From assembly GCA_951406725.2 (NCBI GenBank), contig OX597818.1:33542001-33606000 (forward strand): a DNA stretch of 64,000 nucleotides, read 5' to 3'. This DNA is from Octopus vulgaris (taxonomy: Eukaryota). Below, one piece after another: positions 38,310 to 52,437 of this stretch (the stretch's first letter is position 1; each line of letters begins with the position of its first letter). Position numbers and translations under genes: made by a program. The notes below the pieces were generated by a model that was given only the letters and a program-made list of their open reading frames with translations, ran no database searches and had not been told where the DNA came from.

Positions 38310-40340
38310 ATTTATAGAATAGATACTTAAGAGTGTGTAGGCAAAGCGAGAATTTTTAAACTCTCTCGTTTAATAATTTGCTGCTAGAAAAAAGAATATT
38401 ATAGCACTCCGATGTGTAGAGTTGGCAAATTCTATCTGGTGTATGATAAGCTTTTGAAGAACATATAATCTTCCAGCTAATCTTCTAACTGATATTATTG
38501 TCTTTTAGTTTCTAGATGAATTTACTAAGACTAGTCGAAGAACTTTTGGTGTGGCTTCTAAAAGTATACTCATGGTTGACCAATCTAAGTTTCATATATG
38601 ATTCCGTAGAACCAACGTAGAGAAAGAGTTTATCTTCAGCTTCAAGTATAGCTTGGTATACTTAATTCTTCCGTTTGCAATAATTATTAAATTCACAGTG
38701 CTCTTTACCCTGCAATCACAGAACTTACTAAGACGAATACTAGAATTAGAAGATGGGTTATGTGCAGTAGACTCCCTTTGATTGTTCATATTAGAATATC
38801 CTGACTTTGGTATAACTGTTATATTATGTATTTGTTTATTGAGAATATTATGTTTACGTTTAACGGAAAAATTATCTAATTTAGCATAATTCATAGAAAT
38901 AATTACGGGAAACAGAATGACCAATACTAAAATTCCTACTCTGAATTATGTCACTACATTTGATTTTATGACGGGAGAAGTGTTTGCTTATTATCCGACG
39001 TATGATTTTAATTAAGTTTGTTTTTACTTACTTAACCAGATAATATTCTCCTTTATTTTTACCAGAATTGGGATTAAGTTTGTTATAGTGGATTTTTATA
39101 TAAGATATATATTTTAAATTTCTTTTTATATTGTAAATAATGCTAATGTTGCTATTATTATTGTATGGTCTCATGTTCGTAATGACCTTTTCAGAGGCTA
39201 ATTTATTATTTATATTTTCTGATTTTGGTCATAACTTGCTTTTGGTTTGATATGTTTAGGGAGTAATATATGAATGTTTATATTGTTATCATCAATATCG
39301 AGATAAGCGCTAGTCTTCAGGTCTCTCTTTATCGTTTCTACTACCCTATTTCCATGCTGGTTATTTTTGTTCAGTATACAGTTATTATATAATCTATTAG
39401 TTCTTTTATCGGTATTTACTTTGTTAATCATAGCTTTAGTCTTAAGTCTTTTTGTATCTAGGTTATATTTTCCATCTTGTAGAAGCTTTTGCTTGTTATT
39501 AATCATATGTGAACCATTCTTGATATGTTTAATTTTTTTGTTTGTACCCTGTTTTACCCAGTGTAGTATTATATAATTACTTCTTATCGTTAAAGATATC
39601 TTCGTTAGATGAGAGGTAATTTATTCTTTTTTCGATGTTGTTGACTAAACAAATTAAAATAGACTTTGGTTGATTACTTTTTGTATTAATATAGGGTATT
39701 GTGGAGTTAAGCTTATGGTATTGCAAATAATTTCCAATATTCAGGTTTAAATTCACATGTAATTAACTGAGCTATTCTCTGTTCCATTTGAAATATCAAA
39801 TCCAAATCGGTTAAAGAACTGCTAGAATTTTTTCTTGTATAATTCTAGCTTTCTATTTGAAGGTTTATTTTAGCTAAATGCATAAGCATTATATATAGGA
39901 TCTAACTTCTTAAACTTATTGGTAAATTGCCTGCATCCTTTCAAGAAATATGTTAACCTTAGTTCTATAAGCTCATAAACCCTGACGAGTTTCTACCCCA
40001 TACAGTTGAAAATGATACCAATTCTTAGCAAATACTTAGAATTACGTATCAGCAAGGGGCATGAATCGAAACATATGTGTTGGTTTTTGGCATCTGCCAT
40101 TTCTGTTAGAGCTTTACAATTCATAATATATTTGTATTGTTTTTATAAAAAATTTCAACATCTTTGTATCTTACAAATGAATTATTTATATTTCCATTAT
40201 ACTCCATTTTCTTTCATTCAAGATATATATATATATTTATAACTAACGTTTCTGAGAATTTACTCTCATTATCGTCGGTTATGGAACTTACAAGTAAAAT
40301 AGAACCGCTATTTTGGAATTCATCTTTGTTCATTATTAAA
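38310..40340 (-). mobile_element. Decayed Penelope-like retroelement (RT thumb plus GIY-YIG endonuclease)
   Basis: Minus strand about 39830-39520: FFNRFGFDI...YHKLNSTIPYINTKSNQPKSI...RINYLSSNEDIF...YNTTLGKTGY. About 38730-38320: CDCRVKS..LNNYC..VYQA..LYVGSTESYMKLRLVNHEYTF..STSLSKFI.KLK..ISWKII..CQLYTSE..LLNE. Multiple stops; outer boundaries approximate. Confidence 0.85.
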
Positions 40341-40568
40341 ATGATAAAAGGTGGTTATTTTCTAATTTACATATATATATATATATATATAGTATATTAT
40401 CATATAGTATATTATCATATAGTATATTATATTTTGTGAAATTTGATTTAGTATTTCTAAATTGAATTTTTCCCTGTAAGTTTGGAATAATATTCCCTCA
40501 TTTGATATATATATTTATATATGTATGTGTGTGTGTGTCATATCATATGTATGAGTAAATATGCAAAT

Positions 40569-40610
<42 letters not shown>

Positions 40611-40613
<3 letters not shown>

Positions 40614-40800
40614 ACAATTGAGGGTAAAATTAATTAATCAATTTCACCAAGTGTTCAGTATGTAAAAGGACCATTTAAGGCGAATTCAAAATATTACATT
40701 ATATAATTAGGGCTTAGTAAAATAAATTACTTTGCCACATACTGAACTTAGTAGAAATAGCAGCCAAAAAGAATTTTTTTAGCCATTTCTACTACTTAAA
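40611..40800. mobile_element. Interspersed repeat related to 63266-63460, probable Penelope terminal-repeat fragment
   Basis: Shares AGGGT-AAATTAATTAAT, CAATT-CACCAAGT, ATGTAAAAG, TAGAAATAGCAG-CAAA and TTCTACTA with 63266-63460. Confidence 0.6.
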
Positions 40801-40937
40801 AAAAATTTTAATATATATATACATACATACATACATATGTATGCAGAAAATGTAAGTTTAATATATAGATAAATAGATTCGCTCGTTAATAGAGAGATAA
40901 ATAAAGAAAAAGGGAGTGGCGAGCGAGACAGAGGGGA

Positions 40938-40994
<57 letters not shown>

Positions 40995-41305
40995 TGAGAG
41001 AGAGAGAGAGAGTGAGAGAGAGAGAGAGAGAGAGATATCGGGATCGGACATAGAAGTATGAAACGCAGGACTGCAAGGTATTCAGACCTTTACTTGTCTA
41101 TTTCGCACCACCCAAACTCCTTCATAATTGTATCAGAAATTAATCATAAAAAGAAGCATAAGGTCAGAGAAGCAATTTATAAAACTTCTTTCACATAAAA
41201 TGTAAGTTAATATTAATGTAAACTAATTTTAAAATGCACTTTAATATCTTTCCATATTAAATTATGTTTAAATGCTTCCAGACATACGTGCATATATACA
41301 TGTAA

Positions 41306-41383
<78 letters not shown>

Positions 41384-41720
41384 GTATATATATCCTCAGT
41401 TATGTAGCTGCCTATATATGCGTATACGTACAGAAATTTTCTGAGATGATTAGTTATTTTACATTATTGAAATAGGCTCAATTCCAACTTCTAAAGTTAT
41501 CAATGTATCTATTATATCTACCAAACGTCCATGCACAAACACTTGTATACTTGTATGTGTGTCTACATGTGTGAGTGTGTGTGTTTGTGTGTGTGTGTGC
41601 GCGTGCGTGTGCGTGTATACATGCATATATGCTTACACACACAGGCGCACAAACACACAGGCGCACAAACACACACGCGTATATATATATATATACATAT
41701 ATAAATATATACGTATACTT

Positions 41721-42100
41721 GCAAAACGTTAGCACGCTGGGCGAAATGCTTTGCGATATTTCGTCTGCCGCTACCTTCTGAGTCCAAATTCCGCCGAGGT
41801 CGACTTTGCCTTCCATCCTTTCGGGGTCGATTAAATAAGTACCAGTTACGCACTGGGGTCGATGTAATCGACTTAATCCGTTTGTCTGTCCTTCTTGGCC
41901 CTCTGTGTTTAGCCACTTGTGGATTGTAAAGAAATAGGTATCACCTCTGTCTTAACGTTCTGAGATCAAATTCCGCCGAGTTCGACTTTGCCTTTCATCA
42001 TTTCGGTGTCGATAAATTAAGTACCAGTTGTGCACTAGGGTAGATCTAATCGACTGGCGCGCTCCCCCAAAATTTCGGGCCTTGTGCCTTGAGTAGAAAC
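41721..42100 (+). mobile_element. SINE family B, dimeric copy
   Basis: Two cores; terminal CCCCCAAAATTTCGGGCCTTGTGCC tail. Confidence 0.9.
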
Positions 42101-42194
42101 GAATATACTACAAAGTGTATTAAAGGTTTATAAGTCAATTCCGTGACTACTATGAGTTCACATTTCGATTCAATGTAACCTTTTTTTTTCTTCG

Positions 42195-42571
42195 CTTTAT
42201 TCTTTCACTTGTTTCAGTCATTTGGACTGCGGCTATACTGGAGCATTGCCTTTAGTCGAGCAAATCAACAACAGGACTTATTCTTTGTTAGCCTAGTACT
42301 TATTCTATTGATATCTTTTGCCGAACCGCTAGGTTACGGGAACGTAAACACACCACCATACGTTGCCGAGTGATGTTGGGGGAACAAACAGACATAGACA
42401 CACAACACATATACGACGGGCTTCTTTCAGTTACTGTCTACCAGACCCGATCACAAGGCTTTTGTCGGCGCGAAGCTATAGTGGAAGACGCTTGCCCAAG
42501 GTAACACGCAGTGGGACTGAACCCGGAACCATGTGTTTGGTATGCAAGCTACTTACCACACAGCCACTCCT
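42195..42571 (-). mobile_element. SINE family A
   Basis: Collinear with 255-679. Confidence 0.9.
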
Positions 42572-42866
42572 TCGATTATCTCTAACAAACGATGAGGATT
42601 GCTAAGTCAAGGCGATGGATAAATTATTCTGAACGTTTAAGGAGACGAGTTTATGAAGAGACAGTTTAGTCTTTGCGAAGGTAGTAGTCAGAAAGATGAA
42701 TTCCCTTTCGCCACGTGGCAGCGACGATAGAGTCGAAGAGGAGGAGTGAGAAAGATGGAACGGTGAAGGGGAGAGGATAAGAATAAGGAAGAGTGGGAGA
42801 GAAAAGCAGAAAGGATGAAGAACAATATAGGGAGAGAGATAGACAGAGAATAGATAGTAAAGAAGA

Positions 42867-43092
42867 GTGCGCATCGTAATTAAGATAAAACTTACTTGGA
42901 AAAGAATGCGTGGCGTTCGATCATAAAATAATATGCACGTGTATATATATATATATATATATATGTAGGCATGTACATATATATGCATATATTTATATAT
43001 GCATATATTTATATATTATTTATATTATTATATGATCGAACACCACGCATCCTTTTCCAAGTAAGTTTTATCTTATTAATTACGATGTACAC
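42867..43092. repeat. About 67-bp inverted repeat flanking a TA-rich spacer
   Basis: 42867-42933 is the near reverse complement of 43022-43092. Confidence 0.9.
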
Positions 43093-43440
43093 TAACTATG
43101 AAATCATAGGATTTGCGACTGAATCTGTTTTTAAGAGACGACTTCCAAGTTGCATTCCCTCGCTGTCGGTACACTGTATAATTATTAAGGTAGTTTTGGC
43201 TTTAAGAGTCCCTTATAGCGTGAGGTCATTACGTGTAGTAATGCCCTTAATATAATAAATGTATTTAAAAAGGAATAAATTAATTATATATCTTGTATTA
43301 ATTTTCCCTTAACTGGTTTTTCACGCTAACTACTTGATAGATTCTTTTATTAGATATTATCCTTAATATTTTAACTTTAAATAAAACATTTGATCACTTG
43401 CTTTCTTTATTCAAAATTCGGACGGAACTCATGGGACGAC

Positions 43441-43485
<45 letters not shown>

Positions 43486-43570
43486 GGAGAGTTTACGAAA
43501 GAAAAAAGACGAAGACGGGCGGTGTACAAAACAAACAGATGTATTAGTATAACGCTCAGGAATAGAAAAT

Positions 43571-43608
43571 GTCATTACGTTTCGAGCCTACGCTCTTCTA
43601 CAGGAAGG
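43571..43608 (-). ncRNA. Minimal hammerhead-like motif, variant core
   Basis: Minus strand: CTGTAGA-a-GAGC(gtag)GCTC-GAAA-CG-TA. Confidence 0.5.
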
Positions 43609-43686
43609 AACAGAAAAAAAAACCAGGAGATAAACAAAGAGAGAAAAAAATGTGTGTAGTGGCTAACGGTCTATCATGTCGACTGA

Positions 43687-43742
<56 letters not shown>

Positions 43743-43745
<3 letters not shown>

Positions 43746-43845
43746 CAAAGAATAAGTCCTGAGTTCGATTTCTGCGTCTGAAAATTCCTTAAAGTCGGTG
43801 TTTCATCATGGCCGTAGTCAACTGACCGAAACAAGTAAAACAATA
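43743..43845 (+). mobile_element. SINE family A 3' fragment
   Basis: TACAAAGAATAAGTCCTG ... CATGGCCGTAGTCAACTGACCGAAACAAGTAAAA. Confidence 0.75.
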
Positions 43846-44425
43846 AGAGAAAACATATTTACATACGCATATACAAACAAACATACCCATGCAAGCATTC
43901 ATACATATATATATATATACACACCTACATACATACACACACATACATGCATACATGCTGACATACATAAACGGTTCTGTGCATATGTATATGTATATAT
44001 GTATGTACATACATGTATGCTATCTGTGTGGTGTTTTATGCATAGACTTATGTATATGTTAATGTCCGTGAACAAAATACATACCATATGAGATACGGCT
44101 AGTATATGTTGGCAACAAAAAGTTGCAATTTTAGCGAAAGGCATTTGCCAAAAATAAAAATATTACCATCCATCATTTAAAATATATGGAGAAAGTATAT
44201 AGATTTATTTTGATTTGTAGCTGTAAACTATGAATGCATTTGTGGGCACATATTTACATATACAGAAGCAGACACACACATATACGCATGCGCCCCATCA
44301 CACAAAGTTTTATATGATGTTTGTGTGTGTGGTTCTGTATGTGTCTGTGTGCATGTATGTGCATATTTATATATATATATACGTGTGTATGTGTGTGTGT
44401 GTGTGTGTGTGTGCATGTATATATC

Positions 44426-44481
<56 letters not shown>

Positions 44482-44487
44482 TATATG

Positions 44488-44524
<37 letters not shown>

Positions 44525-44651
44525 ATGTAAGTATATATATATATATATATATATATATACGTACATATACATGTATATGTATGAATATTCTTGTATATGT
44601 ATACTTCCATATGCGCGTATGTAAGCAAGTATTTATGTTTTAAAGTGAGGA

Positions 44652-44698
<47 letters not shown>

Positions 44699-45135
44699 CG
44701 GAAGTGAAGAGGGAGACAGAGACAGAGAGAGTCAGGGGCAGAGAGAGCAGGAGTGTGTGAGTAGCACGGAGACTAACAAAACTTGTGAAAGAAGATATAT
44801 TTGTCTTCTAGAAAGCAAACAAAAAAAATCAGAAAAACGGATTACTTTATCAGAAAATTCTGACGCAAATGAATGATTTTTTAAAATAAATATTTTAGCA
44901 CTCTATTTTATATATTATTTTTTTTAGAATTAGTTATCAGTTCTATCATATTTTTCACATATTTTTTAAATCACAATTTTGAAATCCGTTAAAGTAACGT
45001 CTGTGTTTGTTTTTGGTTATATTATACAAAATCAGCAATGATGCGGACATTAATATAATACAGTTCTTTATGTGTTTCGTTTTAAAAAAATTTGTAGATA
45101 AATTCAAAATTATTACAGACACGATGCTGATGATA

Positions 45136-45393
45136 TTGGACTGGTGCACAATTATTGCGGCTTTTTTTTTTTTTCAAGCAATTGCATTCAACAAAAACAA
45201 TAACAACATGTAACAAAAACATCTTTAAATGATTATTCCGAAGCATATTCACCATCTACTTCAAATACTGAATCTCATTTGCTTGGCAGACGATCAGACC
45301 GTCATTTTAAAATGTTTCTTTTAAATATTATTATTTTTTTGTTGAAGAAATTTTGTTAAAAAAAAAAGCCGCAATAATTATGCACCAACCTAA
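45136..45393 (-). mobile_element. Mariner internal-deletion derivative (MITE-like)
   Basis: TIR TTAGGTTGGTGCATAATTATTGCGGC (Hsmar1-like) at both ends with TA flanks. Internal minus-strand DRLPSK*DSVFEVDGEYASE* matches a mariner transposase C-terminus. Confidence 0.85.
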
Positions 45394-45579
45394 TAGTAAC
45401 CATGTTGATAATGATGAGAAGGAGGATGAGGGATAATGCGGTTGTTCTGTACGATCACAATCACGAACAAAAATATCAATAATAATATAAGTAATATTTG
45501 GTATCTGTTTTGCTATCATCATTAAGAACAAAACAGCATGATCATCAGTATCAACATCATCAGTGACAATAATAATCCT

Positions 45580-45798
45580 TTCTACTTTAAGCACGAAGGC
45601 CAGAAATTTCCTTGTCTGTGGGACTAGACGATTACATCTACCCCAGTGTTTCTCCGGTCCTTAATTTATCGACTTCGAAAGGATGAAAGACAAAGTCGAC
45701 CTTGGTTGAATTTGAACTCACAGCATAAAGACGGGCGAAATGCCGCGAGCGAAGCATCTCACCCGGCGTGCTAACGATTCTGCCAGCTGGCAGCCTTA
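45580..45798 (-). mobile_element. SINE family B, diverged
   Basis: CGAAAGGATGAAAGACAAAGTCGACC core; head at about 45798. Confidence 0.8.
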
Positions 45799-47484
45799 CC
45801 AACAATAATGAGAACAATATCTTTTTCTTGGTCAGAAGTACCAGAGAAACGAGGACTGAGAAGAAGTTTTACACCGAGGAAGAGGTAAAATGAACGAGAG
45901 AGATATATCGATGAGTAATAGCAAAAAGTATAAAAATAACAAAACAGAACAAGAAAAATAAACCAGAAAATATGAATACGGCAACCACAAAGGTGACCTG
46001 AAGCGCGCCACACACACACACACAACCCTAACCCAAACCTGAAAGTAAGTGGTTAAATTCGCCTTGCACATAAGGATATAATTTCAGCTAATGATGTTGA
46101 TATTACATATCTCAATCACCTGTATTATGCTTCCGCGAAGATTTCAACGATTCTATGTGATGAAAAGATTAGAAAGCGAAAACATTCCCAGAAGAGTGTA
46201 TTCGACACAAAATTCAGCTACTAAGGTCTGACATAGAATGTTTAAAAAACCTTTAGTTTGACAAAACTATCAAACCCACAAAAATCCGAAAATTAAAGAA
46301 AAAGTATAATATAAAAACCATACTTGACATCGATACCACCATCGAAACCAACAAGCAAAATGTATGTGCTAAAGCTGCCCGCATATCACGATTTGAAAGG
46401 CACTTTTTATTCTTCAAGGACAACAACATGTTCAAAAATAACCCCATAAACTTTTACAGGAAGATAAGGAAAATACCAGTTAAAGTAAAGTATGTTCCAC
46501 CAAAAGAAGAAGTGCAGGAATTTTGGAATAAAGTTTGGGAAGAAGTAAAAGGGCGGCTTCGATTGATAGAATATCTACTGACTTAGACTCCTTAGAGGAG
46601 CAAAAGTGGGAGGGTATCAAGGTAGAGGATGTAAAATCTGCTCTCAGGAAGTCAAGCAAATGGAAATCCCCAAGAAATCCCCAGGAAAGGATGAAATTCT
46701 TAACTTCTGGTTGAATGCCTTCCCAGAGAGACATGAACTGCTAACAAAACTTTACAACAATGTTTTGCAACAACCTAGTATGATTCCCTTTTGGCTAATT
46801 AATGGTGTTATATTCCTACTTCCAAAAAAATGAAGGAACAATAACAACAATGTATAAATTTCTAACATCCCGTCTTGACTAAATATACCAAATTTTTTAA
46901 TAGAAAGTGGCATATTCTCTAATGTGCAAAAAGGATTTAAATGTTAGTCCTATGGTTGTAAAGATCAGATACTCATCAACAAGATGATCTTGGAAGATTG
47001 TCACACACGACGCAAAAATCTTGTCGATAGCCTGGATAGACTATAAAAAAGCTTTTGATAGTCTACCACATATCTGGATTAAGCAATGTCTGGAAGTGTA
47101 TAGAATTGCACCTTCTCTGCGAAACTTATTGTCTGTAAGTATGAGATCATGGAGAATGACACTGACTTTGAACAGTAACAATGAATCTCTCAATGCTGGA
47201 GATGTAAAAATTCAATGTGGAATTTTCCATGGTGACTCTCCATCACCAGTCCTCTTTTGTCTAGCCTTAATACCTTTCTCGAAATTGCTCGATGGTGTAC
47301 AATATTGCTATAAAATGTCTGATAAAAATATAAATCATCTCTTTTACATGAATGATTTAGAGCCCTTTGTGATAAATGACCAACAACTACAGGGATTACT
47401 AGCAATTGTTAAACAATTCAGTGATGACATTAGCATATGCCAATACACACAGACAGAGAAATTAAAGCGAATAGGCCAGATATA

Positions 47485-47697
47485 CAGTTCTATATTTAAG
47501 AGATGAGGAACTATGTACATTATTTAATATATAATAATAACATCAACAACAACATCGAAAAATACCTTAGAAATGAGAACCCAGGTTCGAAATTTCCCCA
47601 AGACACCTGATGAAGGCTAGAGGGTATATCAACCGAAACGTTGTGTGTTAACAACAAACAAGATGAGGACAAAATCCGTCAAAATGTAAATAATGTA
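47485..47697 (+). mobile_element. About 213-bp hammerhead-containing insertion inside the R4/Dong element
   Basis: Interrupts the NRPDI|VV coding run. Flanked by AATAGGCCAGATATA (47470-47484) and AATAAGGCTAGATATA (47698-47713). Confidence 0.8.
47603..47646 (+). ncRNA. Minimal type I hammerhead ribozyme
   Basis: ACAC-CTGATGA-a-GGCTAG...CAACC-GAAA-CG-TT-GTGT. Intact core, AACGTT palindrome, imperfect stem II. Confidence 0.7.
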
Positions 47698-48127
47698 AAT
47701 AAGGCTAGATATAGTTGTCAGAGGTCATGAAGAAAAAAATGCTTTCTAATTGTTGTATCAATACCAGCTGATGACAAACGTTTCTCTAAAAGAAATGGAG
47801 AAACTTTCAAAATAAAAAGACCTGGAAATAGAGGTAACTCGAATGTGGAATCTAAAAACAGAAACAATTCCTATCATAGTGGTTGCATTAGCTATGATAA
47901 AAAAATATTCAGACAAATACATAGCAAAAAAACACCAGGACTTACAAATATATATAACATACAGAAAATTGCACTAGTGGGCACTGCACACATCCTACGC
48001 AGAACACTTTCAATACAGTAACCATAAGAGCATCACAGCAAACCACAGCATATACCCAAGACACACAGAGCTGCGCTCGGTAGTGAAATGAAAGCACGTT
48101 ATAAAAATAAAACTACCGAATAATAAA

Positions 48128-48696
48128 TATAGATGTTTACGATCTAATTGGATTCTTTGCCGTCAAATTGAATTATTTGCAATCAAATTTGAATTTTTCA
48201 ATTGGTGCTCAAGCCTTGAAAATAAAGAGAGTTAAACTACATCAGCCGTAAGGGAATACATGTCTATCTTATCTAACTCATCCAGTAGAGCCCACTAATT
48301 GATATCTGAAAAGTTCGATGAAATAACTCATGAACACTGCGATAGCTTCTACCAAAAGATGCTCCGTTACGTCGACCGGTCTGACAAGGGAAGATAATAG
48401 AAAAATAATCATTCGTTTATGATCTCCCCTTGTTCAGATCGTTCGATGTAACGGAGCATCTTTTGGTAGAAGCTATCGCCGTGTTCATGAGTTATTTCAT
48501 CGAACTTTTTAGATATCAATTAGTCGGCTCTACTGGATGAGTTAGATAAGATAGACATGCATTCCCTTACGGCCGATGTAGTTTAACTCTCTTTATTTTT
48601 TTTCAAGGCTTGAGCAGCAATTGAAAAATTCAAATTTGATTACAAAGATTTCAAATTTGCTGGCGAAGAATCCAAACTAGATCGAAAACATCTATA
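48128..48696. mobile_element. Foldback MITE, about 570 bp, with about 270-bp imperfect inverted arms
   Basis: Starts TATAGATGTTT and ends AAACATCTATA. Arms are complementary throughout, e.g. TAGCTTCTACCAAAAGATGCTCCGTTAC versus GTAACGGAGCATCTTTTGGTAGAAGCTA. TA at both termini. Confidence 0.9.
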
Positions 48697-48699
48697 ATA

Positions 48700-48711
48700 A
48701 TGATTAATATT

Positions 48712-48774
<63 letters not shown>

Positions 48775-48866
48775 GAGAAAGAAATCAAACGATGCTGTGC
48801 AAAGACAACAACAACAACGACAATAATAACAATAACAACAACAACAATAATAATAACAACAACAAC
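48700..48866. repeat. (ATT)n and (AAC/AAT)n microsatellites
   Basis: Seen directly. Confidence 0.9.
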
Positions 48867-49195
48867 AGTTTCAAACTCTGGCACAAGGCGATCAAGTTTT
48901 AAAGGGGAAATATTGATTACAACAGTTCCTGTGTATGAGTGGTTCAGTATTTTATCAACACCTAAACGACCAAAACAACGTCGGCGTTGCTGGTATATGA
49001 AGGCATAATGCAAAGAAGCTAAGCATTTTGTCCGGGGTGCCAACGATGCTGCTTGCTTGCTGCTTGAGGATTTCTACAAAAATAATCACCATTGTAATAG
49101 CTTTTCTAAGTACCGGCACCAACAGATTTGGTAGTTTCGTTATTTAAGCTAGTGAATCTACAAACACATGTTCCATTAGTACAGAAACCTTCTCG

Positions 49196-49340
49196 TGTGG
49201 TAAGTAGCTTGCTTACGAACCACATGGTTTCGGGTTCAGTCCCACTGCGTGGCACGTTGGACAAGTGTCTTCTACTATAGCCTCGGGCCGACCAAAACCT
49301 TGTGAGTGGATTTGGTAGACGGAAACTGAAAAAAGCCCGT

Positions 49341-49392
<52 letters not shown>

Positions 49393-49608
49393 CGTGTATA
49401 TGTTTGTGTGTCTGTGTTCCCCCTCCCCCAACATCGCTTCACAACCGATGCTGGTGTATTTACTTCCCCGTAACTTAGCGGTTCGGCAAAAAGAGACCGA
49501 TAGAATAAGTACTAGGCTTACAAAGAATAAGTCCTGGGGTCGATTTGCTCGACTAAAGGCAGTGCTCCAGCATGGCAACAGCCAAATGACTGAAAGAAGT
49601 AAAAGAGT
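49196..49608 (+). mobile_element. SINE family A
   Basis: TGTGGTAAGTAGCTTGC head through GACTGAAAGAAGTAAAAGAGTA tail. Confidence 0.9.
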
Positions 49609-49953
49609 ACTGGGAACAGTAAGAATTATAAGAAAGGTGATCGGTGTTTAAAAAAAACGAGTTATGACCCGGTACAGAGACATTAATTTCAAATGTAACA
49701 CATTCGTACATACCATTTATTATAATAATACAGAAAAACGATTTTTCTGTCAAAAATAATTATATACTCAATGTTAATTTAGTTTAGATATATACACTAC
49801 AATACATATATTACATTTGTGACAGAAACATACACATATAGCATATATATCTTCGATTGTACATATGAAGGCAAATAGATATATGTATTATGTTGAAGCT
49901 AGATTGTGTATATCTACGAAATATATATCTTCATATGAATAGATATATGACTA

Positions 49954-49999
<46 letters not shown>

Positions 50000-50023
50000 C
50001 ATACATATATATATATACATACC

Positions 50024-50074
<51 letters not shown>

Positions 50075-51447
50075 CAAGCAATATATTTTTATAGAGGGAT
50101 ATATTTGTTTAGGTACTTACGCCCCCAAAAAAACTCTATTTCCCTTATCTAATATCCATCTCTGATTATATTCTTTTTGTTTTATATTTTTCTCTCTCGT
50201 CTATCGGTATTAGAAATTACAAGGAAATGCTTGGTGAGTATAAGTATTGAAAAAGTAAGAGCACTGAGGGAAATTAAAAAAGATGAGCAATGAAAGTAGA
50301 AATATAATGAGAGAAGTCAGAGAGTGAAGAAGAGATAAAAATTATTGGTATGTTAGAAGAGACATGAATGATTGCGTACAATTACCGATAAGAAAAGCAT
50401 TAAATTCGGTAAAATCAATGCTTAACCGAAAGCCTACAATGAAGAGCGCTGCACACTGACAAATGCGTATTCATTCAATGCTAACCGCAATTATGACAAC
50501 TTTTATTTTCATCATTTACAAAAAAATAACGAAAAGATTTTTACCAGTAAATTGAATATAGTTACACGTTGCCTGCATTACAATACATTCATATCTTGTG
50601 ACCAAAAAATGTGAATGGAGCATTAAGTTCGATTAATAGTAATACAGACAACCGTTTCTTGTTTTGAAAGGAAAAATATCTCTCAGATTATTAGTCCGAC
50701 TCGCGAAAATTAATGATGGTGCACGTTAGAAAAAATATCAGCTAATAGCATTTGTAATATAAGGTAAGCTTTAGTGATATGGAGCGATATCAAATGTGAT
50801 ATTCGGAACAAACTTTTTTCTAGAAATGCGAGATTATTGTCACGTGAACTTGCTTCATATATGGAACACGAAGTCGCGTATCCATTTTATTTTCTTTGTT
50901 GGTTTTCTTCGATCTTTCACGCTAGAAGTAGTCTATAGGGCTGAGAGAGCTAAAATAGCCAGAAGGAAATTATTATAATCACTGAAGGATTAGATAGATA
51001 AATAGATAGATAGATGGAGGAGATTGATTGTGTTGGGTGAAACAAAGATATTAAAAGTACTCAGAATTAATACAGAGTTTGGTGAGAGGTGCAGAGAAAA
51101 TGATGTATAGAGCGAATAAGAGAGAGAGAGAGAGAGAGAGAGTGATGGAGAGAGAGAGAGATGTACTGCAGCCATAGAGGGGAGATTGGATGAAGGCGGT
51201 GAGGTGTTAAAATAAAAGAAGTATAAAAATTGAAAATATCTTAGTAAGAAGGATAAAGATAGAAAATGAGAGGAGGGAGAGGGAGCAATCCATGCATGAT
51301 ATCGAAGTAGGAGTTGTTCGGAAAGGCAGATAAGAGATTCAGACAAATCTTTATGGAGAGAAACAAGGACAGAGAGAGAGAGAGAGATAGGTAGGAAGGT
51401 AGGTAGGTAGGTAGATACATACATACATACATACATACATACATACA

Positions 51448-51483
<36 letters not shown>

Positions 51484-51835
51484 TACATACATACATACAT
51501 ACATACATACATACATACATACGTAAGTAGTAATTTTATATTCGGGTATAGACTTTGTAGTATGCTGTTTAAAGCCGGTTCTTTGTACTCGGCTACCTGA
51601 TGTGAAAAACAGTATGGAGGTGTACGCCATTAGAATTACTTTAGGAATTCCTTTGTGGTTTTAGAGCTTGTAAAAATATGAGAGAAAGAAAATGGAATTC
51701 ACGAAACTTTTATTCAGAACCACTACGATTGTTTTGATCCAAAGATATATTATGCATATTTAATGTGACAGACAAACCGACTGGCACACAGAAAACTAGA
51801 GAGAGGGAGAGAGATGTGGAGAGAGAGAGAGAGAA

Positions 51836-52437
<602 letters not shown>

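Larger units (their letters stand above)
46020..48125 (+). mobile_element. Decayed R4/Dong-type non-LTR retrotransposon (RT plus restriction-like endonuclease), internally deleted and interrupted
   Basis: KSPGKDEILNFWLNAF, GCKDQILINKMILEDC, IAWIDYKKAFDSLPHIW, GIFHGDSPSPVLFCLALIP, INHLFYMNDL. Then MPIHTDREIKANRPDI and DLEIEVTRMWNLKTETIPIIV...IQKIALVGTAHILRRTLSIQ*. Ends in TAA-rich sequence. Confidence 0.9.
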
